From Patescibacteria group bacterium (GTDB lineage: Bacteria > Patescibacteriota > Patescibacteriia > UBA1558), in contig JADHUR010000002.1 in the NCBI GenBank assembly GCA_016784445.1, positions 31,092 through 95,091 of the forward strand: a stretch of DNA of 64,000 nucleotides, given 5' to 3'. The stretch's first letter is position 1, and every line of letters begins with the position of its first letter. The notes under the pieces were generated by a model, which worked only from the letters and a program-made list of their open reading frames with translations, did not search any database and was not told where the DNA came from. Below are positions 51,008 through 62,888 of this stretch, piece by piece. Position numbers and translations under genes: made by a program.

Positions 51008-51433
51008 GTGAGTGCATTCACAAATTATGAAATGATGGAAATGGCGCTTGTGGTCATATTAATCATTACCGGCTTTGTTTACAGAGTAGCGCGTCCTATT
51101 TGGACCACTCTTCGCAGAAGTTTAATAGCTATTTCAATTGGACTGGCCGAGCTTGTTATAGTTGCTAGTATTGAAAGAGCCCTAGAGGAGGTTCTAATAG
51201 CGGTGGGAGTAATGGTAAGCGGTGCTTTATTGCCAGACATTGCAACTTCGTTCTCAGCCTGGCTGCGTAGACCTCAGAACATTCCTCGTGGATTAATAGC
51301 TGCTATAGTGGGGCTAGTAATTTATGTAGTTGCGTTCAGGCCAGATCTTGCCAACTCTATTGTCTCTCCTATTATATTCATCGTGGTAATGATAGCTATT
51401 ATCAGGTGGATGATAAGAAGGATATTTAGGTAG
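51008..51433 (+). CDS. hypothetical membrane protein (G+C-elevated cassette, gene 2)
   Basis: 141 aa with 4 TM helices and a GTG start. A terminator at about 51443-51480 follows. Confidence 0.4.
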   Translation: MSAFTNYEMMEMALVVILIITGFVYRVARPIWTTLRRSLIAISIGLAELVIVASIERALEEVLIAVGVMVSGALLPDIATSFSAWLRRPQNIPRGLIAAIVGLVIYVVAFRPDLANSIVSPIIFIVVMIAIIRWMIRRIFR

Positions 51434-51524
51434 TCCAACAATTAAAAGCGGAAACGTTAACACGTTCTCCGCTTTTTTATTTATTTGGTATAATATAGTA
51501 ACTAAATAGTAATATTATTAATAT

Positions 51525-52319
51525 ATGACAAGAGAACAATTAGCAAAGAAATTAGCTAAAGAAGCAGGAGAATACTTACTTAAGCATTTTTATACTTTTA
51601 AGCCAAAAGAGAAAAGCTATAAAGCTAATCGTACGACCGTTACAAAATATGACAAGGGTGCAGAAAAAATTATTCTTACAGCAATAAAAAAGTATTTCCC
51701 TAATGATGCGATTCTTTCCGAAGAAGCAGGTGCTAATAATAAAAAGTCAGAGTATTTATGGATTGTAGATCCACTTGATGGTACTAGGAATTTTACAATG
51801 CGAAATCCAGTATTTTCTGTGGCTATTGCTGTTCTTTATTTGCCAGATATGGATAGTAAGAAAGCAGAAGTGCAGCATGGATTTATTTATGTGCCAGTTC
51901 TTAAAGATATGTATGAGAGTTCCTTAGGAAAAGGAACAAGGCTTAATGGTAAAAAAGTATATGTATCAGGGGTTTCAAAAATGAATGATGCTCAGCATAC
52001 ATTTTGTCATGGGCAAGGTTCTGGATATATGAGTAAATCTGGCAGATATAACTTGGCATTAAAGAAAAAGAGAATTGATGCAAGGCAATTGGGGTCAGCA
52101 GCTATTGAACTTGCTCTTGTATCTTCTGGTAGAAGTGAAAGCATTGTTATACCTGGTGCAAATTCTTGGGATGTAGCAGCTGGTGTTTTACTTGTTAGAG
52201 AAGCTGGCGGGACAGTAACAGATGCTAGTGGTAATATGTGGAGACTTGGTAGTCAGGACATGCTTGCTAGTAATGGCAAAATACACAGCAAAATATTAAA
52301 GGTATTTAAAGATGCATAA
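51525..52319 (+). CDS. inositol monophosphatase family protein
   Basis: WIVDPLDGTRNF and the wider IMPase signature. Confidence 0.8.
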   Translation: MTREQLAKKLAKEAGEYLLKHFYTFKPKEKSYKANRTTVTKYDKGAEKIILTAIKKYFPNDAILSEEAGANNKKSEYLWIVDPLDGTRNFTMRNPVFSVAIAVLYLPDMDSKKAEVQHGFIYVPVLKDMYESSLGKGTRLNGKKVYVSGVSKMNDAQHTFCHGQGSGYMSKSGRYNLALKKKRIDARQLGSAAIELALVSSGRSESIVIPGANSWDVAAGVLLVREAGGTVTDASGNMWRLGSQDMLASNGKIHSKILKVFKDA

Positions 52320-52542
52320 AATATATAATATAAAAGTTGTGCCGAGAGCTAAGCATAATAGGGTGGAAAAATTGAATGAAGATTCGCTTAAAATTTGGTT
52401 AATAGCAGCTCCGGTAGATAATAAGGCTAACTTTTTACTATTGGAAGTAGTGGCAGACTATTTAAATGTTAAACAAAGGCAAATAAGCTTTATAAAAGGT
52501 ATAAGAAGTAGAGATAAGCAAATAATGGTAGCTGATTACTAA
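52312..52542 (+). CDS. DUF167/YggU-family protein
   Basis: VVPRAKHNRVEK...AAPVDNKANFLL pattern of UPF0235. Confidence 0.65.
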   Translation: MHKIYNIKVVPRAKHNRVEKLNEDSLKIWLIAAPVDNKANFLLLEVVADYLNVKQRQISFIKGIRSRDKQIMVADY

Positions 52543-52602
52543 AACTCTTTACAAATTTATATAATTTGATATACTGCTTGTGCTAATTTATAGCGTTGTT
52601 AT

Positions 52603-52679
52603 GCGGGTGTAGTTCAGTTGGCTAGAACACCTCCTTGCCAAGGAGAAGGTCGCCAGTTCGAATCTGGTCACCCGCTCCA
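52603..52679 (+). tRNA. tRNA-Gly (anticodon GCC)
   Basis: Acceptor GCGGGTG / CACCCGC, discriminator U, anticodon loop TTGCCAA. Confidence 0.8.
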
Positions 52680-52723
52680 CTTTTAATCCCAGCTGCTTTG
52701 GCGGGATTATTTAATATAACAAC

Positions 52724-52811
52724 GGGCGAGTGGCGGAACTGGTAGACGCGTTGGACTTAAAATCCAATGAGCTTAACACTCGTGAGGGTTCGAGTCCCTC
52801 CTCGCCCACCA
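52724..52811 (+). tRNA. tRNA-Leu (anticodon TAA), type II
   Basis: Acceptor GGGCGAG / CTCGCCC, anticodon loop CTTAAAA, long variable arm. Confidence 0.85.
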
Positions 52812-52812
52812 C

Positions 52813-52845
52813 AAAGACAACTCATTATGAGTTGTCTTTTTGATT
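52813..52845 (+). terminator. terminator after tRNA-Leu
   Basis: Stem aagacaactc / gagttgtctt followed by a T-run. Confidence 0.55.
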
Positions 52846-53137
52846 CATTAAATTTTTTGTGCTAAGATACTATGAAAATTGAGAAAGGGATATGTAAATC
52901 GGGGTCGCCGATTCTCCAAAAAATAAAATAAACAGTACGTTTATTATAAGCCGTCGGACGATTAAGAAGTCGTTTGATGTGTATATAAAGTGTAAAGTCC
53001 TGGGGTTAACCAGGACTTTACGGGGTTTGCTAAATCTGCCAAAGGCAGCTAGCTAATACATTATTAAGTAATTTAATTAGAATGTCAATGGCTAAGACTA
53101 TCTTTGGAGATAGTTTTAATTATTTAATAATAAAGAG

Positions 53138-53551
53138 ATGAATTTGAACAAAGCAACATTGATCGGTAATTTGGTTGCCGATCCAGAAGCGAAGAAAATG
53201 CCATCAGGTATTGATTTGTCCGTATTCCGTGTAGCAACAAATCATACATGGAAGGACAAGAAGACAAAAGAGGTTAAAGAAAGTGTTGAGTATCACCATG
53301 TTATTGCATGGGGTAAACTAGCAGGTATTATTAACAAGTATTTAAAGAAAGGAAGTAGCGTTTATTTAGAAGGTAGAATTGTTACTAGATCTTGGGAAGA
53401 TGACAAGGGAATAAAAAGATATATGACAGAGATTATTGCTGATCAGTTAATAATGCTTGGACATAAGAATAAAGAAGAGAAACAACCGGATGAGCTGACA
53501 GAGGAAGATATTACTGTTGAGGAAGTTAAGGAAGAGGAGATAAAGAATTAG
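53138..53551 (+). CDS. ssb: single-stranded DNA-binding protein
   Basis: MNLNKATLIGNLVADPE OB-fold N-terminus; acidic C-terminal tail. Confidence 0.85.
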   Translation: MNLNKATLIGNLVADPEAKKMPSGIDLSVFRVATNHTWKDKKTKEVKESVEYHHVIAWGKLAGIINKYLKKGSSVYLEGRIVTRSWEDDKGIKRYMTEIIADQLIMLGHKNKEEKQPDELTEEDITVEEVKEEEIKN

Positions 53552-53633
53552 TATTAGTCGGGGGTTAATTATTGGTTAACGACCCTGGCTGATAATTAAC
53601 CCCTCTAATATATTAACTATTTATGTTAAGAAT

Positions 53634-55550
53634 ATGTATTTAGAGGATATTAAATTAACTGTATTTATATTATTGGTGGGATTATTTGTGATAGTCTTTC
53701 TTTCAAGTATTCAGGTCGTAGTAGCTCAAGTAAATTCCTCAATAATATTTACAGAGATCATGTATGATTTAGAGGGAGCAGATGATGGTTATGAATGGGT
53801 AGAAATATATAATGGTAGTGATGTAGATTATGTAATAGATAGTAGTTGGAGGTTCTATGATGGGAGTAATCACGTAGTGACCGTTACTCAAGGCGATGGA
53901 ATTCTATCTGCAGGTGAAGTTATTATTATTGCAGATAATACAGAGAATTATATTTTAACCCATCCAGACTATACTGAGGATCTATTAGATTCAGTTGTTA
54001 AATTAAATAATACAGGAGAAACCTTAAAATTGAGTTTGGATGGTGGAGAAACCTGGATTATAGAAGTAGAGTATTCAAGTTCTGTAGGAGCTGCAGGAGA
54101 TGGCAATACGTTAGAATATAATGGAGACGCTTGGCAGCAAAGTTTAATTGTTGGGGGTTCGCCGGGAGCCTATTTGGCAAATGATGAAGAAATAGAATGT
54201 TGTGATTGTAACTCATGTAATGTTATAGACATTATTCCAGACAATAATGAAGAAGCAGTAGAGATTATTGAAGAAGAAATTGAAGAAATAGTTGAAGAAG
54301 AGATTACAGATAATGGCAGCACTAGCATAACAAATCAGGAGGTTATAAAGGTGGTATACAGTGAAGTAATTATTATAAATGAGTTAATTCCAGATCCAGC
54401 GGGTAGCGATGAAGAGGGCGAATATATTGAATTGTTTAATAAAGGATCGGAATCTGTTGACATGGTGGGCTGGTACTTAATTGATGCTAGTGGCAAGAAA
54501 TTTGAATTGATAGGTAGTATTAATGGGCAGGAGTATTTAGTTATTTATAGAACAGAATCTAAAATAACATTAAATAATAGTGCAGGTGATAGTATTAGAT
54601 TATTGAATCCCATAGATGAAGTTGTATCGGAAGTTATGTACAGTGAATCGGTTGGTGGAGAAAGCTATTCGTATATAGATTCTGAATGGGTATGGACAGA
54701 TCAATTAACCCCAGGAGAGATTAATATTAGGGCTGTTGCTATAGAGATTGCTGAAGATGAGCCTGAAGAAGATGTCGATATAGAAATAAAGGAAGAAACA
54801 ATGGAATTACAATTGATATCTGAAATAAAGAATTTAGATAAGGATACAGAGGTATATGTGCGAGGAATTGTTACAGCACTCCCTGGACAATTTGCAGATA
54901 CATACTTTTATATATCAGAAATAGATTTTGATGGAGAAATAAACCTAAGTACAGGTATTCAAATTTATTCTTCTAAAAAATATTTTCCAGATTTAGAAAT
55001 TGGAGATATTATTAAAGTTTTTGGAAAATTATCAGAGACCAGTGGAGAGAAAAGAATCAAGATATTAGCAGAGGACGATATTCAATTTATTGAATCATAT
55101 AGCCTTCCTCAACCAGAAGAAGTTTTAACAGGAGAGATCTCTGATGATTATGAAGGGGGTCTTGTCTATGTGCAGGCTGATCTTATAGATAAGAAATCTA
55201 CCTCATGGTATTTAGATGACGATTCGGGAGAAATACGTGTATATATAAGCTCTAAGACAGGCATTGAAAAACCAATCGTAGAATTGGGACAACAAGTATT
55301 AGTGATAGGTATTATTAGTGAAACTAAGAGTGGCTTCCGTTTATTACCTAGATTCGATGAGGATATTGTTGTAGAAAAACTCGTTTTAGAGGAATTAGAA
55401 CCGGAGATAAATGTAATAAATAAATCTACAGATAAGTATATTAATTCAGAAGAGGGAACAAATGAAGATAGGGGTGATTTTGTTGGGTATGGCTTAGGAG
55501 TTGTTAGTCTTACAATGGTTTCCTGGGTATTAAAGTTAAAGTTAGTATAA
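53634..55550 (+). CDS. membrane-anchored surface protein with two lamin-tail-domain (LTD)-like modules
   Basis: IIFTEIMYDLEGADDGYEWVEIYNGSDVD and IIINELIPDPAGSDEEGEYIELFNKGSESVDMVGWYL match the LTD pattern; acidic EEIEEIVEEE linker; C-terminal TM helix. Confidence 0.55.
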   Translation: MYLEDIKLTVFILLVGLFVIVFLSSIQVVVAQVNSSIIFTEIMYDLEGADDGYEWVEIYNGSDVDYVIDSSWRFYDGSNHVVTVTQGDGILSAGEVIIIADNTENYILTHPDYTEDLLDSVVKLNNTGETLKLSLDGGETWIIEVEYSSSVGAAGDGNTLEYNGDAWQQSLIVGGSPGAYLANDEEIECCDCNSCNVIDIIPDNNEEAVEIIEEEIEEIVEEEITDNGSTSITNQEVIKVVYSEVIIINELIPDPAGSDEEGEYIELFNKGSESVDMVGWYLIDASGKKFELIGSINGQEYLVIYRTESKITLNNSAGDSIRLLNPIDEVVSEVMYSESVGGESYSYIDSEWVWTDQLTPGEINIRAVAIEIAEDEPEEDVDIEIKEETMELQLISEIKNLDKDTEVYVRGIVTALPGQFADTYFYISEIDFDGEINLSTGIQIYSSKKYFPDLEIGDIIKVFGKLSETSGEKRIKILAEDDIQFIESYSLPQPEEVLTGEISDDYEGGLVYVQADLIDKKSTSWYLDDDSGEIRVYISSKTGIEKPIVELGQQVLVIGIISETKSGFRLLPRFDEDIVVEKLVLEELEPEINVINKSTDKYINSEEGTNEDRGDFVGYGLGVVSLTMVSWVLKLKLV

Positions 55551-55817
55551 AATAAAAAACCAGCTTTTTAGCTGAGTTTATAATTGGATTTATTAATTAC
55601 CGTTTTAGCTCCCTCCTTCCAACTCTGCAATAGAATTATAAAGAGGGAGTATAAAAAGGGAATATCTTCTTAATACTCGACTCTCGAGTGTTTTGATAAA
55701 GAAGATATCAATGGAATTGTAATACAAAAGTTATTAACAGTCAAATGGTAATTGATATTTTTTTGTTTATATTGACTTTGTTAAGGAAATAAAGTATAAA
55801 TTATTACAGTTAAATAA

Positions 55818-55902
55818 GCCGGGGTGGTGGAATTGGTAGACACGCGTGGTTTAGGACCACGTGTCGCAAGGCGTGCAGGTTCAAGTCCTGTCCCCGGCAC
55901 CA
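55818..55902 (+). tRNA. tRNA-Leu (anticodon TAG), type II
   Basis: Acceptor GCCGGGG / CCCCGGC, anticodon loop TTTAGGA. Confidence 0.85.
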
Positions 55903-55989
55903 CACACGTTTCATTGCGCGTGTTTTTTTATAAAAAGAAAACCACCCCGAATCGTTAATCCGATTCGGGATGGTGGTTTGTAGTTTAGA

Positions 55990-57018
55990 TTAGTCTTCTC
56001 CAATCCAAACACCTGATACGCCGGTAGTCACCAGCTCGTCTTCGAAGGTGAATGCGTATGGTTGATTTCTTTCGCTTCCCAGGATAATAAGCTCGCCCGA
56101 TTCTCCAGACGTGGCGTAGTTATCTCCGCGGAGAATACCACTCAAGTTGAGCGATTCCGACCCTTGAATTAGGCTATCCAAAGCAACCGAGTTCTCATTT
56201 GAGAATACTATCCTAACTCGCAGAGGTGCGTTCCCACTGTTTGATATTAATACAGTGTCTAGGTCAGCGGAGCTTAAGCCGTAATAACTTTGAAAATCAA
56301 AGTTGTAGCCCGGCATGTTGAACGTGTTGATATTAAGAGGGTATTCTATTAAAGATTGTCCAGATATCTCCAGATTAATAATAGCGCCCATCTTGGTTCC
56401 AGCAACGTCATATTCATCAGTAACCGTAACAGTGTCACCGCCTAGGGTATAGCTGTAGGACAGGGTAAGGGTGTCGGTAAATTCACCAATCTCCATTTCA
56501 AGTAGACTACCAATTCCAGCCAAAGGTGTTACGTGTTCTTTCACGATATTTACAATTGGCAGGGCGGTTACTTCGGTTCCCTGTTCAGAGGCCTGTATGA
56601 GACTGATGGCACCAGGAAAGATCTCAAGATTGTTGGCGGTAAAATCGATATCAAAGATATCTTGATTACCAACGTTCATAATTACGTATTGTAGAGTTCT
56701 CGTGTTAAGAACTTCACCGTAGTCAATCATTGCTGCCGCTATTTTGGCTAAACTGCCTTCTGTTAAATCCTCAAGTCGAATCGCAAGGCGACCCATTTTT
56801 TTCAGATTTTCCATAGCAGCTTCGCGCGGAAGATACTCTTTCCCGTCTGTTCCGGTAAATTTCTTTGCCAGAGCTTCGTTGCTCAACGGAACAAGGATTA
56901 ACTTGCTCATTGTTTCAGGCGGATCATCGTTTGGACCGGTGGGTCCGTTGTCGCAGCCGGTCATCACCATGACTACCAGCAATACGGTTGTCAGTAAAAA
57001 ACTCATCTTTTTTCTCAT
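55990..57018 (-). CDS. hypothetical lipoprotein with strongly elevated G+C, probably horizontally acquired
   Basis: Lipobox VMTGC. Composition is visibly more G+C-rich than its flanks. Its own long GC-rich terminator hairpin lies at 55931-55985. Confidence 0.5.
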   Translation of the reverse strand: MRKKMSFLLTTVLLVVMVMTGCDNGPTGPNDDPPETMSKLILVPLSNEALAKKFTGTDGKEYLPREAAMENLKKMGRLAIRLEDLTEGSLAKIAAAMIDYGEVLNTRTLQYVIMNVGNQDIFDIDFTANNLEIFPGAISLIQASEQGTEVTALPIVNIVKEHVTPLAGIGSLLEMEIGEFTDTLTLSYSYTLGGDTVTVTDEYDVAGTKMGAIINLEISGQSLIEYPLNINTFNMPGYNFDFQSYYGLSSADLDTVLISNSGNAPLRVRIVFSNENSVALDSLIQGSESLNLSGILRGDNYATSGESGELIILGSERNQPYAFTFEDELVTTGVSGVWIGED

Positions 57019-57182
57019 GATGGTTCTCCTTTTCTATATTTTTGGATTTGTTAAGGATCGAATCATTTCTTTCCTTTCTTAATTATTACACAGAAATTGA
57101 TTATGTAATAGCCTATAGTAGCTTATTTTCAGCATTTTGTCAAGGGTATATTCAGTGTATAACTATTTAAACCTGTTTCTCT

Positions 57183-57378
57183 TGACATTATATAGAATTT
57201 AATATATTATACATGTGCTATTGAGAGGGTTATTAACACCCTGTAAGTAGCAAAAATAAGAGATTTAGAGCAAATAGAGAAATATGAAGAAATTTCATTT
57301 AATTCGAAACCGACCAGGCAGTTAAGTTGAGGATTTTTCCTACACGTAACTCCGCTTGGTAACAAGCGGTTTTTTGTT
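57183..57378 (+). ncRNA. short promoter-to-terminator transcription unit (rRNA leader/attenuator or small RNA)
   Basis: TTGACA-17-TATTAT at 57183-57211, an internal hairpin agggt / accct, and an intrinsic terminator ccgcttg / caagcgg followed by a T-run at 57352-57378. No credible ORF. Confidence 0.3.
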
Positions 57379-57471
57379 CCTAAATTGATCATTAATAATT
57401 GCATAGGTAACATAACGAGCATTTGTAATAAAAATAAATGTGCTACTTTTAGTAACCTAGCCAAAATATTT

Positions 57472-60597
<3,126 letters not shown>

Positions 60598-60775
60598 ATT
60601 ATTTTGTTTAGGTTAAATAAAATAATAACTAAAAGTAAAAGTTATGTTACCTTATACAGGCAGTATTAAGCTTGTAATGGTGTTTATTTTCTTAATAGCC
60701 ATCATATGTGTTAGTTTCATCGTATTTCCTATAATATAATCGTCGGTAGTTAGTTAATAATATATTGTTAATTAG

Positions 60776-60892
60776 CTTCCGGTGATTCTTGCGAAGGGGA
60801 AACACCCGATCCCATTTCGAACTCGGTAGTTAAGCTCTTCAGCGCCGATGATACTTGCCCCTGTGGTGTGGGAAAGTAGGCCATTGCCGGTT
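60776..60892 (+). rRNA. 5S ribosomal RNA
   Basis: ccgatcccatttcgaactcggtagttaagc...gtgggaaagtaggc matches the bacterial 5S core; the ends are approximate. Confidence 0.8.
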
Positions 60893-60896
60893 TTAT

Positions 60897-60930
60897 GAAG
60901 AAGGCGTTCCATTTTGGAACGCTTTTTTCT
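60897..60930 (+). terminator. terminator after 5S
   Basis: Stem aaggcgttcca / tggaacgcttt followed by a T-run. Confidence 0.55.
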
Positions 60931-61402
60931 TTCTTCAATTAATTTTATAAAAATATTTATATATGTATTATAATAAATTGTAAATTTTAAAAAGATATGT
61001 CTATGAATAATTGTTAAATAAAATCAAAAAGATATCCACAGTTTGTATAATTATACGATTTCATTTATTTACTTTCACAATATACTTTTATAATTTTTAT
61101 AAGGTTATTTTTAAAAATAGTTTTAGAATAGAATAAATAGTAAATTGTAAAATCAATAATGGGATGATGTAATAAGATTATGAGTATAAAAGATAAACTT
61201 AAATTTAAATATGAAAAGCACTCAACAGCTTTCTATAAAATAGAGCTGGCTAAAAATAGATATTCTTTTTAACAATAAGTGAGAAGCACTCGGTCAGTTA
61301 AAAATAATCGTACTATTAACTATTGCAGTATTATCAAATCTAATATTAATTAGGGGTAGAACGCCGTTTAGTAGCAGCTGTTATGAGTGTTCATTATAAA
61401 CC

Positions 61403-61430
61403 AAAAATCCCGTAAAAAGCGGGATTTTTG
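61403..61430 (-). terminator. terminator of the Lys-rich protein gene
   Basis: Hairpin atcccg / cgggat flanked by an A-run and a T-run. Confidence 0.5.
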
Positions 61431-61453
61431 ATTCTATCTAGATAGAATTGAAG

Positions 61454-61723
61454 TTATTTTCTCTTCTTTCTCTTAGCAGGTTTTTTCTTAGCTACTTTCT
61501 TTTTCTTTGGAGCAGCTTTTTTCTTCTTAGCTACTTTCTTTTTCTTTGGAGCAGCTTTCTTCTTCTTAGCTACTTTCTTTCTCTTTGGAGCAGCTTTTTT
61601 CTTAGCCACTTTCTTTTTCTTTGGAGCAGCTTTTTTCTTAGCCACTTTCTTCTTAGCTACTTTTTTCTTTGGAGCAGCTTTTTTCTTAGCTACTTTTCTT
61701 TTTTTTGCTGGCATAATTGTCAC
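61454..61723 (-). CDS. histone H1-like Lys/Ala/Pro-rich basic DNA-binding protein
   Basis: 89 aa made almost entirely of KKVAKKKAAPKKK-type repeats. A strong Shine-Dalgarno sequence (AAGGAGGTG) lies 5 nt upstream of the ATG. Confidence 0.65.
   Translation of the reverse strand: MTIMPAKKRKVAKKKAAPKKKVAKKKVAKKKAAPKKKKVAKKKAAPKRKKVAKKKKAAPKKKKVAKKKKAAPKKKKVAKKKPAKRKKRK
61474..61705. repeat. imperfect tandem repeats of about 33-39 bp (ttagctactttctttttctttggagcagctttttt...) encoding the K/A/P repeats
   Basis: About six head-to-tail copies are visible in the sequence. Confidence 0.7.
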
Positions 61724-61862
61724 CTCCTTCTTTTTTAGAATAAAATAATTTTATAAATTATTTTTATATGTATATATTATACAACTTTTTGACAACTCAA
61801 ACAATAATTATTTTAATATTTTTACAAATAAAAAATCACCAACTAAGTAGTTGATGATTTTT

Positions 61863-61939
61863 TGGTGGACCCGACTGGATTCGAACCAGCGACCCCCTGC
61901 TTGCAAAGCAGGTGCTCTAACCAGCTGAGCTACGGGCCC
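61863..61939 (-). tRNA. tRNA-Ala (anticodon TGC) with G3:U70
   Basis: The reverse complement folds with acceptor GGGCCCG / CGGGTCC and anticodon loop TTTGCAA. Confidence 0.85.
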
Positions 61940-61946
61940 GAAATAT

Positions 61947-62186
61947 TTATCTCACTAAAGGACCGGTGGCAGTTCCTAACACATCGTCATAAAGACCAGT
62001 AACAAGTAACATACCAATAACAATTCCCAGGAGACCAATTAATTTGTAAAACAATCTACTACCTCCACCTGTTCCTAAATACTTTTCAGCAAAAGCTATT
62101 CTTCCGAAGAAGTTAAACCAACTTTCTGTTTTCCAAATCATTGTAAATCCTATACCTATAAGGATTAATCCAAAAATGAATTTCAT
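61947..62186 (-). CDS. hypothetical small membrane protein (2 TM)
   Basis: 79-aa ORF sandwiched between the tRNA genes. Confidence 0.4.
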   Translation of the reverse strand: MKFIFGLILIGIGFTMIWKTESWFNFFGRIAFAEKYLGTGGGSRLFYKLIGLLGIVIGMLLVTGLYDDVLGTATGPLVR

Positions 62187-62196
62187 AATTTTAAAA

Positions 62197-62273
62197 TGGT
62201 GGGCGCTGAGGGATTCGAACCCCCGACCCTCTGGATGTAAACCAGATGCTCTAACCAGCTGAGCTAAGCGCCC
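62197..62273 (-). tRNA. tRNA-Val (anticodon TAC)
   Basis: Acceptor GGGCGCT / AGCGCCC, anticodon loop TTTACAT. Confidence 0.85.
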
Positions 62274-62305
62274 TTTTTGTTAAAGTGTTCTCAGTTTATT
62301 CGTGG

Positions 62306-62396
<91 letters not shown>

Positions 62397-62412
62397 AAGA
62401 AGTAGATGTGAA

Positions 62413-62814
62413 TTAACCGAGAAGTTTTTCTTTTAGACGTTTCTTATAATCTCTTAAGAAATATAGTTTTGAACGTCTAACCTTTGCTTCTTTCTTAATC
62501 TCTATTTTATCTATGTTTGGTGAAAAAATTGGAAATATCTTTTCTACACCAATACCCTCAGATATTTTACGAACTGTAATAGTCGCCCCCGGTTCTAAAC
62601 CATGTTTCATTGCAATGATACGACCTTCAAAAACTTGAACTCTCTCTTTCATTTCACCCTTAGCATTATTTTCTCTAATCTTTTGGTGAACACGAACAGT
62701 TAGTCCAGATCTTAAGTTAAGTGTTCTAGGGTCATATTTTGGAGCTTCAGATGATACTTTCTTTTCATCATTTACAGCTTCTTTAGGAGTTTGTTTTGCT
62801 GTTTTTTCTGACAT
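62413..62814 (-). CDS. rplS: 50S ribosomal protein L19
   Basis: VQVFEGRIIAMKHGLEPGATITVRKISEGIGVEKIFPIFSPNIDKIEI...RRSKLYFLR is the canonical L19 sequence, here with an N-terminal extension. Confidence 0.9.
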   Translation of the reverse strand: MSEKTAKQTPKEAVNDEKKVSSEAPKYDPRTLNLRSGLTVRVHQKIRENNAKGEMKERVQVFEGRIIAMKHGLEPGATITVRKISEGIGVEKIFPIFSPNIDKIEIKKEAKVRRSKLYFLRDYKKRLKEKLLG

Positions 62815-62888
62815 ATTATTAATATTAGTAATTTATTTGCCTCAATATTTTACTTGAAAAGCTAAATAAAGTCAAGGGTTTTTGGCTA

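Noticed and set aside
56471-57464. ORFs 56471-56665, 56744-57082 and 57207-57464
   Set aside because: The first two are antisense to the lipoprotein gene. The third lies in the promoter/leader region upstream of 23S and has no start context.
60931-61400. About 470-bp AT-rich spacer containing a single DnaA-box-like TATCCACAG at about 61033
   Set aside because: An isolated 8/9 match in extremely AT-rich DNA is expected by chance. The origin is clearly at dnaA.
61474-61705. Possible CRISPR array
   Set aside because: The repeats are contiguous with no spacers, have an irregular 33-39 nt period, and lie inside a coding frame.
61448-61738. 96-aa F/L/S-rich ORF on the plus strand
   Set aside because: It is the mirror frame of the tandem repeats. 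Only the minus-strand Lys-rich frame has a strong SD and a terminator, and it matches the minus-strand orientation of the neighbouring genes.
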